From assembly GCA_015069395.1 (NCBI GenBank), contig SVIR01000001.1, positions 27,268 to 91,267 of the forward strand: 64,000 nucleotides of DNA, in the 5' to 3' direction. The notes under the pieces were generated by a model. That model worked only from the letters and a program-made list of their open reading frames with translations. It did not search any database and was not told the origin of the DNA. The DNA comes from Clostridiales bacterium (GTDB lineage Bacteria; Bacillota; Clostridia; Christensenellales; UBA1242). Position 1 is the stretch's first letter; every line of letters begins with the position of its first letter. Shown here piece by piece: positions 1 through 8,468 of the stretch. The position numbers were made by a program, and so were the translations under genes.

Positions 1-1181
1 TTTGCAGATATAGTTATCGCTATTTCTTTTTTCTTGACTTGAGATAAAATCTCTGTTTCTAATTTTGAGTCCAAAATTAAATGAATTTTATCGCCAATTC
101 CTACTCTTTGAGTTGTTGTCAATCTATATTTTTCTCTAGAAATTTCTTTTAGGTCAAAGGCTGTAAGAGTGTTTTTTTCTCTATTGTTTGAGAAAATCTT
201 AAAGGTTGACTTTGGATAAAGTTGTCTGTTGGAATTAAAGTAAACCTCGTCAAAGGTTTTCCCTCTAACAACCTTTTCAACACGACCGACAAAAATACCA
301 ATGTGGTTGTGATAATCTGAAATAATGTTTCCGTTTCCTTCAAAATATCCTGCCGTATAATCTCTGTTAAAAGCAAGTCTGAGATTGTCTAGATTTGCTC
401 GTTGTCCGTGAACAGCATTATAATATTCTTTAGTCGCTATAGCTACATAAGATGGACGCCTAGCTCTCCCCTCAATCTTAATTACATCAACTCCAGCATT
501 TTTCATATCTTCGAGTTTTCCTGTCATATTCAAATCTTTAGCACTCAACAAATACCCCGATTTGATTTGCTCGCCATCTTTTTCAAAAGTGTAAGGCAAA
601 CGACACAACTGTTTGCATCTGCCTCTATTTCCACTAGCGTTGCACAAATAAGAGCTTAAATAACAATTTCCAGAAAATGAAACACACAATGCCCCTTGTG
701 CAAAATACTCAATCTCAAGATTACTGTTTTGTTTGATACGTCTAACTTCTTCTAGTGGGGTTTCTCTTGCAAGCACAACGCGTTTAAAACCAAACTTTTC
801 AATCTCTTTAACGCCTTCAAGATTATGCAGTCCCATTTGTGTACTTGCATGAAGCTCTATTTGTGGAAATTTTTCATTAACTAACTTTGCCAGACCAATA
901 TCTTGAAGGATAAAAGCGTCAACCCCTAAATTGTACGATTCAACTATTGTATCTAAAGCAGATTGAAGCTCGTCGTCTGAAAACAAGATATTTATTGCCA
1001 TACAGATTTTTACACCAAAAATATGGGCAAACTCCACAGCCTCTTTCAATGTATCCATAGAAAAGCCATCGATATTGTTGCGTGCGTTAAAATCGTTTAT
1101 CCCAAGATAAACTTCGTCAGCCCCATTATATATTGCCATTTTCAAACTTTCAAAATTCCCTGCAGGAGATAAAATCTTCAT
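1..1181 (-). CDS. Peptidase U32 family protein, N-terminal part (3' end runs off the window)
   Basis: Absent from the ORF track because it is open at the window edge. My reverse-strand translation from the ATG (complement of 1179-1181) gives MKILSPAGNFESLKMAIYNGADEVYLGINDFNARNN...ELHASTQM...IKIEGRARRPSYV. I recognise this pattern from U32 (collagenase-like) proteins. Confidence 0.75.
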   Translation of the reverse strand, partial: MKILSPAGNFESLKMAIYNGADEVYLGINDFNARNNIDGFSMDTLKEAVEFAHIFGVKICMAINILFSDDELQSALDTIVESYNLGVDAFILQDIGLAKLVNEKFPQIELHASTQMGLHNLEGVKEIEKFGFKRVVLARETPLEEVRRIKQNSNLEIEYFAQGALCVSFSGNCYLSSYLCNASGNRGRCKQLCRLPYTFEKDGEQIKSGYLLSAKDLNMTGKLEDMKNAGVDVIKIEGRARRPSYVAIATKEYYNAVHGQRANLDNLRLAFNRDYTAGYFEGNGNIISDYHNHIGIFVGRVEKVVRGKTFDEVYFNSNRQLYPKSTFKIFSNNREKNTLTAFDLKEISREKYRLTTTQRVGIGDKIHLILDSKLETEILSQVKKKEIAITISA

Positions 1182-1394
1182 AAGTTGATTATATCACATT
1201 AATAAGCATATTACAAACTCTATTTTATGTTTGCATAATTCTATCCATTTCCTCCACCAAAATAAAATTAATGTTTGTATATTAAATATTAAATATTTTT
1301 ATAACAACAAATTACAAAACGATTGTATTTTATGATAATATAAAATTATCAGGAAACATTAATTTTCCAATCTATACTAAAATGAGGATTTTTT

Positions 1395-2189
1395 ATGACT
1401 TTTATTCAATGGATTTATAGCTCTTACCCAAACCCTTCAATAAGTGGTCAATGGGGAATGTTGCATATTGGGGTTTTGGTTCTTTCAATTGCAATAACTG
1501 TTGCCTTGTCAATATTGTTTAGAGGAAAAAGTTCAAACGACTCAAAAGAAAAAGCTAGAAAGATTGTCATTTGGACATTGGTTGGTTTAATATTCACGTT
1601 TGAACTCTTACGTAGAATTATAAACTTATGCAAAACGACCGATTATTCATTAAATAATATGTTGTATATATTGCTTCCTCGTCCTTGGTGTGCAATCTCT
1701 TGTTGGCTCTTGATTGCTTCGGTATTCGTAAGAAAAAAATTTTTCTACAATCTCGCAAGCATGAGCGCTCTTCTATGTGCAATAATTTTCTTTGCTTATC
1801 CAAGTGCAGGAGTTAACAATCAATATATATTGTTTGAAAATTTATACTCTATCAGCACTCACGCGTTGCTCTTGATAACATCTATTTGTTTAATAACTTT
1901 AAGATTTACAGATTTTAGATATAAAACAATTTGGAAAGAGCTTTACGGACTGGCAATCATTTATGCTTACGGAATATTAGAAATCAACGTTTTAGACATT
2001 TCAACAGATCCTCTTTACTTTATGGAAGGAAATGAAGTTCAAGAAATTTTAGGTTTGCCTTACGGAATGTTTATAGGCGTTTACATAATCTTTATGATAA
2101 TTTATATTAATGTTTTTTATTTAATAAACGATCGCAAAAATGTCTTTGTACGACGAAAGAAAACAATAAAGCAAAAAGCTGTGGTTTAA
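1395..2189 (+). CDS. Polytopic integral membrane protein, YwaF/TIGR02206-like
   Basis: 264-aa ORF with multiple hydrophobic segments. The N-terminal pattern (LHIGVLVLSI..., then a short basic loop) resembles the two tandem membrane proteins at 61892-63395. The family name is from memory only. Confidence 0.5.
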   Translation: MTFIQWIYSSYPNPSISGQWGMLHIGVLVLSIAITVALSILFRGKSSNDSKEKARKIVIWTLVGLIFTFELLRRIINLCKTTDYSLNNMLYILLPRPWCAISCWLLIASVFVRKKFFYNLASMSALLCAIIFFAYPSAGVNNQYILFENLYSISTHALLLITSICLITLRFTDFRYKTIWKELYGLAIIYAYGILEINVLDISTDPLYFMEGNEVQEILGLPYGMFIGVYIIFMIIYINVFYLINDRKNVFVRRKKTIKQKAVV

Positions 2190-2516
2190 ACTACGGCTTT
2201 TTATTTTGTCTCACAATAGTTGACTTTTTTATATAATAAAATTAGAAAGTATAATATCTTTCTATTTTTTTATAAAGGAAAATTATGAATAATCAAAAAC
2301 ACAACAATTCACACAACAACTATAATAAAAACAATTTAGACAATTAGTAAAATTTTATTAAAAAAGGTTGAGACTTTTAAATCTCAACTTTTTTTATTCA
2401 TTATTCAAATTTTTTAATTTATCAAAGTTTTTTCCTTCCCAAAATATGTACATAAAAAACCTGCAATTAATCCAAGTGTACTTATATATTAATATTATGC
2501 CTATTTGTAAAAATGC

Positions 2517-2566
2517 AAAAAAAGAACAACCCGAACATAAGCGTTCGGATTGTTATCACTTGGCGG
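2517..2566 (-). repeat. Third, inverted copy of the 50-bp att/terminator repeat
   Basis: The reverse complement reads CCGCCAAGTGATAACAATCCGAACGCTTATGTTCGGGTTGTTCTTTTTTT. It is identical to 23614-23663 and 49/50 identical to 15564-15613. Confidence 0.9.
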
Positions 2567-2679
2567 GGCAATAGCGATTCTAATCTAACATTTTTATAAA
2601 AAATAAAAACCTACTAGGAATTTTCCTAATAGGTTTTGTTTTGTATAATTAAATAATGTGATAAGACAGAAAAATAGTA

Positions 2680-3744
2680 TTAGTCAGTGGTAACGGTGAA
2701 TGAACAAGGATAATCATCGCCATTAAGCACTGTATAGTTATGGGTATCTGTTTGTTCAAAAATAGGAACAATTTCATAAGTTCCAGCTTCTGTGATAGTG
2801 ATGGTATCACCACCAGTCCAAACTTCGCCATTTACTTTAAATCCAACGACTCTAATGAAAGCAAGATTAGATAAAGAAGCATTAACGCTAGTAAGTGAAA
2901 GTATATCAACAGACTGCCCATTTGATATATAGTAAGAAGTTTGAACATTTCCCCATAAATCATACTTCATAACAGTAGCAGAATAAGTCTTTTTAGTAAT
3001 ATGCCATTCAAATTCTTTTTCTGGAAGACCAATGTAGGTATAATTATTTTCATCAGTATCATATTTTATTTTTGCAGTATAATCACCAACATTTGTGGCA
3101 CTCCAAACAGAACCAGCACTATAATCTTTTTCAAAATTATAAATTCCTTCTTGTGAATAAATAGCCATAAAAATATCAATTGATTGTTCTTCACCTGAAT
3201 ATTCTTTATTTGGATTTGTTGGTTTTTCAGGACTATAATCCCAAAAACCGTTATATTCAGAAAAATCAAGAACTTTTTTGTTTACTATAATTGTGTATGT
3301 TTCGCCCTCACAAGCTTCTGTTTTGTAAATTCCATTGTTGAAAGCATCACAATATAATTTGAATGTATAAGTTCCGGCAGGAATATATGCGCTAGTCCAA
3401 GTTGATTGGTCTGGTATGTTGGTGGCGATTTTATAACCAGCAGGATTTTGCTCCGTTGCTTTTTGTAATGTTCTTGTATTGCCATCTTCTGTTGTGGCAA
3501 CAACTTCAAACAATTCATCTGACCAAGAACCATCTCCATAGGTTATAGTGTATGTGTTTGTTTGTTCATCAATATCCCAAAGGTCACTAAATGTAATATC
3601 ATCACGCATTGAAAAATCAATTGTAACTGCAACAGCATTTTCTGGTGATGGTTCGTCTGGGTCTTTACCACAGGCAGATAACATAATTCCACAAGGGATT
3701 ATTAAACATAATGCAAATATAAAACTCAATAATTTCTTTTTCAT
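2680..3744 (-). CDS. Lipoprotein (function unknown)
   Basis: N-terminus MKKKLLSFIFALCLIIPCGIMLSACGKD has a basic n-region, a hydrophobic core and an LSAC lipobox. The mature part is rich in T/Y/N/E. Confidence 0.8.
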   Translation of the reverse strand: MKKKLLSFIFALCLIIPCGIMLSACGKDPDEPSPENAVAVTIDFSMRDDITFSDLWDIDEQTNTYTITYGDGSWSDELFEVVATTEDGNTRTLQKATEQNPAGYKIATNIPDQSTWTSAYIPAGTYTFKLYCDAFNNGIYKTEACEGETYTIIVNKKVLDFSEYNGFWDYSPEKPTNPNKEYSGEEQSIDIFMAIYSQEGIYNFEKDYSAGSVWSATNVGDYTAKIKYDTDENNYTYIGLPEKEFEWHITKKTYSATVMKYDLWGNVQTSYYISNGQSVDILSLTSVNASLSNLAFIRVVGFKVNGEVWTGGDTITITEAGTYEIVPIFEQTDTHNYTVLNGDDYPCSFTVTTD

Positions 3745-3757
3745 ATAATTATTCCTC

Positions 3758-4495
3758 CTATATTCCTGCTTTCACACAAGCGTCAGCATATTCTACTGAA
3801 TAGTCAGGTAAATCAGCGGTTGCTTTATTAAATGTTCTAAATGCTAGCATATCATTTTTTACATCAGTTTTAAATTCATCATAATATTCAACATTTTCAT
3901 CTAATAAATAGATTTTATTGTTGTTAAATTTAATTTTTTTAGTTTCAAACTCAATACTCATATCTGTTCCAGTACAACCAGTAATTGTGAAAGAGTTTAA
4001 TTTTTCGGTCTTATAATTATAATCAATATCAAATACAAAGTATTGAATATTATTTCCATAAGTCCAATAAATCGTTGTTGTAGTTATGTTTGTAGATTTA
4101 TTATATTCGACTTTCATTCTTGCTTTTGCTGTCCAATCTAATGTTCTTACAATATATTCGTCAATACCATTGTTTACAACATAGTCATCTCTGCTATAAA
4201 TATTTTCAATTAAATAAATAAATGCAACATTTGCTTTTATCATATCAACCATTGCTTCTTCGTTATCAACTTCTTCATAGTCATTATCGTTTATATTATA
4301 ACTTACTGCAAGAACTTGGGCTTCAGGTTCAGCACTAGCAATATAATTTGCACAAGCAGTTGAAACGCTATTAAACATTGCTAGATATTGAGCTTTGGTT
4401 AATTTATCATCATCTTTACCACAAGCAGATAGCGCAAATGCACAAGGAATAATTAAGCAAATTGCCAAAATAAAACTCAGAAATTTCTTCTTCAT
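3758..4495 (-). CDS. Lipoprotein (function unknown), paralogous signal peptide
   Basis: N-terminus MKKKFLSFILAICLIIPCAFALSACGKD carries an LSAC lipobox. It lies 13 nt upstream of the next lipoprotein gene, so a likely operon. Confidence 0.8.
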   Translation of the reverse strand: MKKKFLSFILAICLIIPCAFALSACGKDDDKLTKAQYLAMFNSVSTACANYIASAEPEAQVLAVSYNINDNDYEEVDNEEAMVDMIKANVAFIYLIENIYSRDDYVVNNGIDEYIVRTLDWTAKARMKVEYNKSTNITTTTIYWTYGNNIQYFVFDIDYNYKTEKLNSFTITGCTGTDMSIEFETKKIKFNNNKIYLLDENVEYYDEFKTDVKNDMLAFRTFNKATADLPDYSVEYADACVKAGI

Positions 4496-4823
4496 AAAAC
4501 CTCCTATAATTTACATTTATTCTATATGATATTTTTAGTATAGCACAAACATTTTAAAAATGTATTGATTTTTTTAAAGTATTAAAAAAAACCTTAAATA
4601 ATTTTTAGTTCATAATGCAAATATAAAAGAAGATTCGATATAAGATATATATTGAAGTGCTTGGTATCATTTACAAAAATCTCCAAATTCATTTCTTTTC
4701 TGTTTTAAGTAATGAGTTTGAGTATATTGAATTTTTTGGGTTGGAACAACAAATCCTGCAACACCTTTAATGCAGAAATAGAAAAATCGCACTCCAACAA
4801 TACTGTTAGAATGCGATTGCCTT

Positions 4824-4914
4824 TGGCGGAGAGAGAGGGATTCGAACCCTCGCGGCCTGTTACAACCCTACTCCCTTAGCAGGGGAGCCTCTTCGACCTC
4901 TTGAGTATCTCTCC
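4824..4914 (-). tRNA. tRNA-Ser (anticodon GCU)
   Basis: Hand fold: acceptor GGAGAGA/TCTCTCC, anticodon arm CTCCC-CTGCTAA-GGGAG, long variable arm, T arm GAGGG-TTCGAAT-CCCTC, encoded CCA. Confidence 0.9.
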
Positions 4915-5031
4915 AATATATAGAGCATAGATCCATATGTGATAGCATCTTACCACATAATTATTGACTTTGTCAAGTTTATTATGCTCTATTTTTATAA
5001 ATTTAATTGGTTATATTAATATAACTTTGCA

Positions 5032-5574
5032 TTAGAAGTTTTCGTTGAAAACTTGAAAGTATGCTTTTGGGTGAACACATACTGGACAAACTTCAGGGGC
5101 GCTGTCTCCTACGTGGATATGCCCACAGTTTCTACAAATCCACATAACCTTTTCAGTCTTCTTAAACACCTTTCCTTCTTTTAAAACCTCTGCCAATTTA
5201 TTATATCTTTCTTCATGACGCTTTTCAATTGCTGCCACGCCTTCAAATTTTCTTGCTATAGCTTCAAAGCCTTCTTCTCTCGCTTCTTCAGCCATTCTCT
5301 TATACATTTCGGTCCATTCGCCTCTTTCACCAGCTGCAGCATCTAAAAGATTTTCATAGGTTTCTGGAACAGCCCCACCATGAAGTTCTTTAAACCACAT
5401 TTTCGCATGCTCTTTTTCATTGTCGGCTGTTTCTGTAAAGATTGCTGCAATTTGTTCATATCCATCTTTTTTTGCTTTTGAAGCATAGTAAGTGTATTTA
5501 TTTCTCGCTTGACTCTCTCCAGCAAATGCTTCCATTAGATTTTTCTCAGTTTTTGTACCTTTTAACTCTTTCAT
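5032..5574 (-). CDS. rbr: Rubrerythrin
   Basis: MKELKGTKTEKNLMEAFAGESQARNKYTYYA... is a ferritin-like diiron domain. It is followed by a C-terminal CxxC...CxxC rubredoxin-like motif (CRNCGH...CPVCVHP). Confidence 0.9.
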   Translation of the reverse strand: MKELKGTKTEKNLMEAFAGESQARNKYTYYASKAKKDGYEQIAAIFTETADNEKEHAKMWFKELHGGAVPETYENLLDAAAGERGEWTEMYKRMAEEAREEGFEAIARKFEGVAAIEKRHEERYNKLAEVLKEGKVFKKTEKVMWICRNCGHIHVGDSAPEVCPVCVHPKAYFQVFNENF

Positions 5575-5594
5575 TTTTACCTCCTATAGTACAT

Positions 5595-5612
5595 TTACAT
5601 TATATAATGTAA
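5595..5612. promoter_or_regulatory. Perfect 18-bp palindrome over the rbr promoter -10 (candidate PerR/Fur-family operator)
   Basis: TTACATTATATAATGTAA is its own reverse complement. It overlaps a TATAAT located 18 nt downstream of a TTGACA (complement of 5623-5628) on the rbr strand. Confidence 0.4.
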
Positions 5613-5669
5613 TTCAACCCCTTGTCAATTAGTTAAACAAAGTTTAAATTTGACTTTTCTCAACCTTAT

Positions 5670-5685
5670 TGTTTCACGTGAAACA
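5670..5685. promoter_or_regulatory. parS: parS site
   Basis: TGTTTCACGTGAAACA is a perfect 16-bp palindrome matching the Firmicutes parS consensus TGTTNCACGTGAAACA. Confidence 0.85.
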
Positions 5686-5760
5686 TTCAAACAACCATCT
5701 AAACTCTCCAAACCGATTTTGACTAACGATTTATATAAACGCTAAAACTCTTGCATTAAA

Positions 5761-5776
5761 TGTTTCACGTGAAACA
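5761..5776. promoter_or_regulatory. parS: parS site
   Basis: Identical TGTTTCACGTGAAACA. Confidence 0.85.
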
Positions 5777-5887
5777 ATTTGCAAGACCGTTATCATTGAA
5801 ATATTAGAAAAGCCACTTAAACAATCCTTCGTTCGTCGAAATACATCATTTTGCATTCATAGCGCACGACTTTTTACAATAAAAAAA

Positions 5888-5903
5888 TGTTTCACGTGAA
5901 ACA
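5888..5903. promoter_or_regulatory. parS: parS site
   Basis: Identical TGTTTCACGTGAAACA, 5 nt from the parB stop codon. Confidence 0.85.
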
Positions 5904-5907
5904 TTTT

Positions 5908-6843
5908 TTAGTTTTTATTTCTTTTATTATAGTTTTGAAGATCTTGCAACGTCATTTCTTTTTTGTTTAAAAGCTCAAGCAACTCTGCAATTCTGTCCAA
6001 ATCGTCCCTGCTGTAATAATCAATATAGATCCTACCTTTTGAATCATTTCCAATTGCCGACACCTTTGTAGCGAAAGTTTTTTGCATTTGATTGATAAGC
6101 TCTTTAAGCTCCAAAGACTGTTCTTCTTTAATCACAATTTTCTTAGCCGGATTCAAAAGACCTTTTACCGATTTTTCCAAGTCTCTAACGCTTAAATTTT
6201 TGGCAACTGTCTGTTGCGCCAACCTAATTTGTTCTTTAGAGTCCTCAATCACAACCAAACATCTTGCGTGACCAGCAGACAGCTTTCCTTGCTCCACCAT
6301 TTCTAATACATCTGGATAAAGATTTAACAATCTCAGAGTGTTTGCAATATTAGATCTGCTTTTTCCAATTCTTTCCGCAACAACTTCTTGAGTAAGTCCA
6401 TATTCTTCCATCAGTTCTTTAATCGCTTTTGCTGCTTCAACCGGATTTAAATCTTCCCTTTGCAGGTTCTCAATTATACTTATTTCTTTGACTTGCTTTT
6501 CAGTATAAGTTTTGATCACTGCAGGGACAGTTTTAAGACCACATATATTCGCAGCTCTCCACCTTCTTTCTCCTGCAATTATTAAATAAGACCCATCGGA
6601 TTGTTTATTCAAAACAATCGGCTGTACTATACCATGAATCTTTATAGAAGCTGCCAATTCTTTCAAAGCTTCTTGATCGAAATTTTTTCTAGGCTGATTT
6701 GGATTTGGTCTAATTTTGTCAATCTCAATTTCTAAAACCCCTGTTTTTTCTTGAGGCTGTTTAGTTATATTATTATAACTTTTATCTTCGTCAAACACAC
6801 CAAACAAAGCTTCCAACCCTCTACCTAAACCCTTATTGCTCAT
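5908..6843 (-). CDS. parB: Chromosome partitioning protein ParB/Spo0J
   Basis: GLGRGLEALF, a ParB box (IVQPIV..., IAGERRWRAA) and an HTH region. Overlaps parA by 11 nt. Confidence 0.92.
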   Translation of the reverse strand: MSNKGLGRGLEALFGVFDEDKSYNNITKQPQEKTGVLEIEIDKIRPNPNQPRKNFDQEALKELAASIKIHGIVQPIVLNKQSDGSYLIIAGERRWRAANICGLKTVPAVIKTYTEKQVKEISIIENLQREDLNPVEAAKAIKELMEEYGLTQEVVAERIGKSRSNIANTLRLLNLYPDVLEMVEQGKLSAGHARCLVVIEDSKEQIRLAQQTVAKNLSVRDLEKSVKGLLNPAKKIVIKEEQSLELKELINQMQKTFATKVSAIGNDSKGRIYIDYYSRDDLDRIAELLELLNKKEMTLQDLQNYNKRNKN

Positions 6844-7666
6844 TTTTATCTCCTTTAAACTTTATTTTCTTCACCTTTGAAATCTTAGTAAAAGGCGTTT
6901 TGTTTCTCTTCATAATCTCTTCGGCCAAACTCAAGTATGCCTCTGCTCCTTTTGAATTTGCGTCATACAAAGCAACCGGCAAACCATGGCTTGGTGCCTC
7001 GGCCAACCTGATATTTCTCGGTATGGTAGTCAAATACACTTTCTTGTTAAAGAATTTAATAATTTCGTTACTCACCTGATTAGTAAGATTGTATCGCTTG
7101 TCCTTCATTGTCATTACAACCCCTTCAATATCCAATTCTGGGTTTAAATGATATCGAATCAATTTAATCGTGTTCATAAGCTGAGTCAAACCTTCCAATG
7201 CAAAGAATTCACATTGAATAGGGATCAACACACTGTCTGCAGCCGTAAGGGCATTAACCGTAATTAAAGCCAATGAAGGCGGACAGTCTATCAAAATAAA
7301 GTCGTAACTCTCTTTAATTTCGTCTAAAATCCTCTTTATTACCTTTTCTCTTTGTGGAATTTGAATAAGTTCGACTTCTGCGCCTGCCAAATCTACGGTT
7401 GATGGAATAATATAAAGATTGTCTATAATCGTAGACTTGATCACTTCGTCATACGCACTTTCCCCACCAATCAAATCATAGACCGTCTTCAAATCTTTGG
7501 TTTTTGCAATTCCAACTGCACTTGTGGCATTTCCTTGAGGATCAATATCCAAAATTAAAACCCTTTTTCCCATTAAAGCCATATACGTAGCAACATTAAT
7601 ACAAGTTGTAGTTTTTCCAACGCCACCTTTTTGATTTGCAAAAGCAATAATTTTTCCCATAAACAA
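6833..7666 (-). CDS. parA: Chromosome partitioning ATPase ParA/Soj
   Basis: Deviant Walker A KIIAFANQKGGVGKTTT, plus the DIDPQGNAT and LIDCPPSL motifs. Confidence 0.92.
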   Translation of the reverse strand: MFMGKIIAFANQKGGVGKTTTCINVATYMALMGKRVLILDIDPQGNATSAVGIAKTKDLKTVYDLIGGESAYDEVIKSTIIDNLYIIPSTVDLAGAEVELIQIPQREKVIKRILDEIKESYDFILIDCPPSLALITVNALTAADSVLIPIQCEFFALEGLTQLMNTIKLIRYHLNPELDIEGVVMTMKDKRYNLTNQVSNEIIKFFNKKVYLTTIPRNIRLAEAPSHGLPVALYDANSKGAEAYLSLAEEIMKRNKTPFTKISKVKKIKFKGDKNEQ

Positions 7667-7769
7667 TTTCCTTTTTCAAATTATACAAAAAAAATAAAGA
7701 AAAATAAAGAAAAATAAGCAAATTTATTACATTTTTGCTTATTTTTTTTAATTGTTAAAATCTTTTTCG

Positions 7770-8468
7770 CTAAAGAGGCATCAATCTTGGTTTGTTTTTA
7801 TCTCTTGGATACTTTAATGGTGTTGTTTTTACTTTTTGCACAATCAAAACATTTCTTTCCATATCAGAATTTACTTTATAGTTTTTTACTTTCAAAACTT
7901 TTACACCCAAAATATTTATAGCCTGCTTAGACATAGATAATTCTTCTTCTAATTTTGAAGATTTATAAATGATCGCTTTGCCCCCAACCTTTATCATAGG
8001 AATCAGATATTCGAGCAATATGTTTAATGGAGCAACAGCCCTGGCGACAGCAAAGTCAAAAACCTCTCTATTCCCTTTTGCAAAATCCTCTGCCCTAGAA
8101 TGAACTGCATTTACCTCAGAAAGGTTTAACTGAGAAACAACCTCTTTCAAAAAATTTATTCTTTTGTTGAGACTGTCGACCAACGTAACCTTCAAATCAC
8201 TTCTCACAATCTTAAGTGGCAACCCCGGAAAACCTGCACCCGTTCCCACATCTACTACTGTTGCATTTTGAGAAAAATAATCTAAAGGCAACAAACTATC
8301 TAGAAAATGTTTTACCCACACTTCTTTTTCTTCTGTTATCGTTGTAAGATTAATATTTTTATTGGTCTCGACCAGCATATGAAAATATTTGTCAAATTTA
8401 TTACGTTGCAAATCTGACAGAACAATCCCAAAACTATTAAACAATTCCTTTATTTCTTCCATAATCAC
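7770..8468 (-). CDS. rsmG: 16S rRNA (guanine527-N7)-methyltransferase RsmG
   Basis: SAM motif [17 protein letters not shown]. Conserved position downstream of mnmG, with a 4-nt overlap. Confidence 0.9.
   Translation of the reverse strand: MIMEEIKELFNSFGIVLSDLQRNKFDKYFHMLVETNKNINLTTITEEKEVWVKHFLDSLLPLDYFSQNATVVDVGTGAGFPGLPLKIVRSDLKVTLVDSLNKRINFLKEVVSQLNLSEVNAVHSRAEDFAKGNREVFDFAVARAVAPLNILLEYLIPMIKVGGKAIIYKSSKLEEELSMSKQAINILGVKVLKVKNYKVNSDMERNVLIVQKVKTTPLKYPRDKNKPRLMPL

Noticed and set aside
2285-2347. 20-aa Asn/His-rich mini-ORF (MNNQKHNNSHNNYNKNNLDN) with AAAGGA upstream and a terminator downstream
   Set aside because: No promoter is evident, since it lies downstream of two terminator-like hairpins. 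The composition simply mirrors A-rich DNA. It is too weak to call a leader peptide or a RiPP precursor.
2368-2574. 68-aa ORF sharing the peptide KKEQPEHK.SDCYHLA with the recombinase C-terminus; the same applies to the 70-aa ORF at 23528-23740
   Set aside because: The shared peptide is simply the translation of the 50-bp DNA repeat. The ORFs have no RBS and otherwise low-complexity sequence. They are informative only as markers of the repeat.
2567-2610. tRNA-like 3' fragment next to the inverted att copy
   Set aside because: Only a T-loop-like GATTAGAATC and an acceptor-like end are present. I could not fold D or anticodon arms, so it is not a tRNA gene.
7690-7725. Short tandem AAAAATAAAG repeats, considered as a CRISPR or phase-variation tract
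   Set aside because: There are only three imperfect A-rich units adjacent to a terminator hairpin, so this is low-complexity DNA. No CRISPR-like repeat-spacer array exists anywhere in the window.
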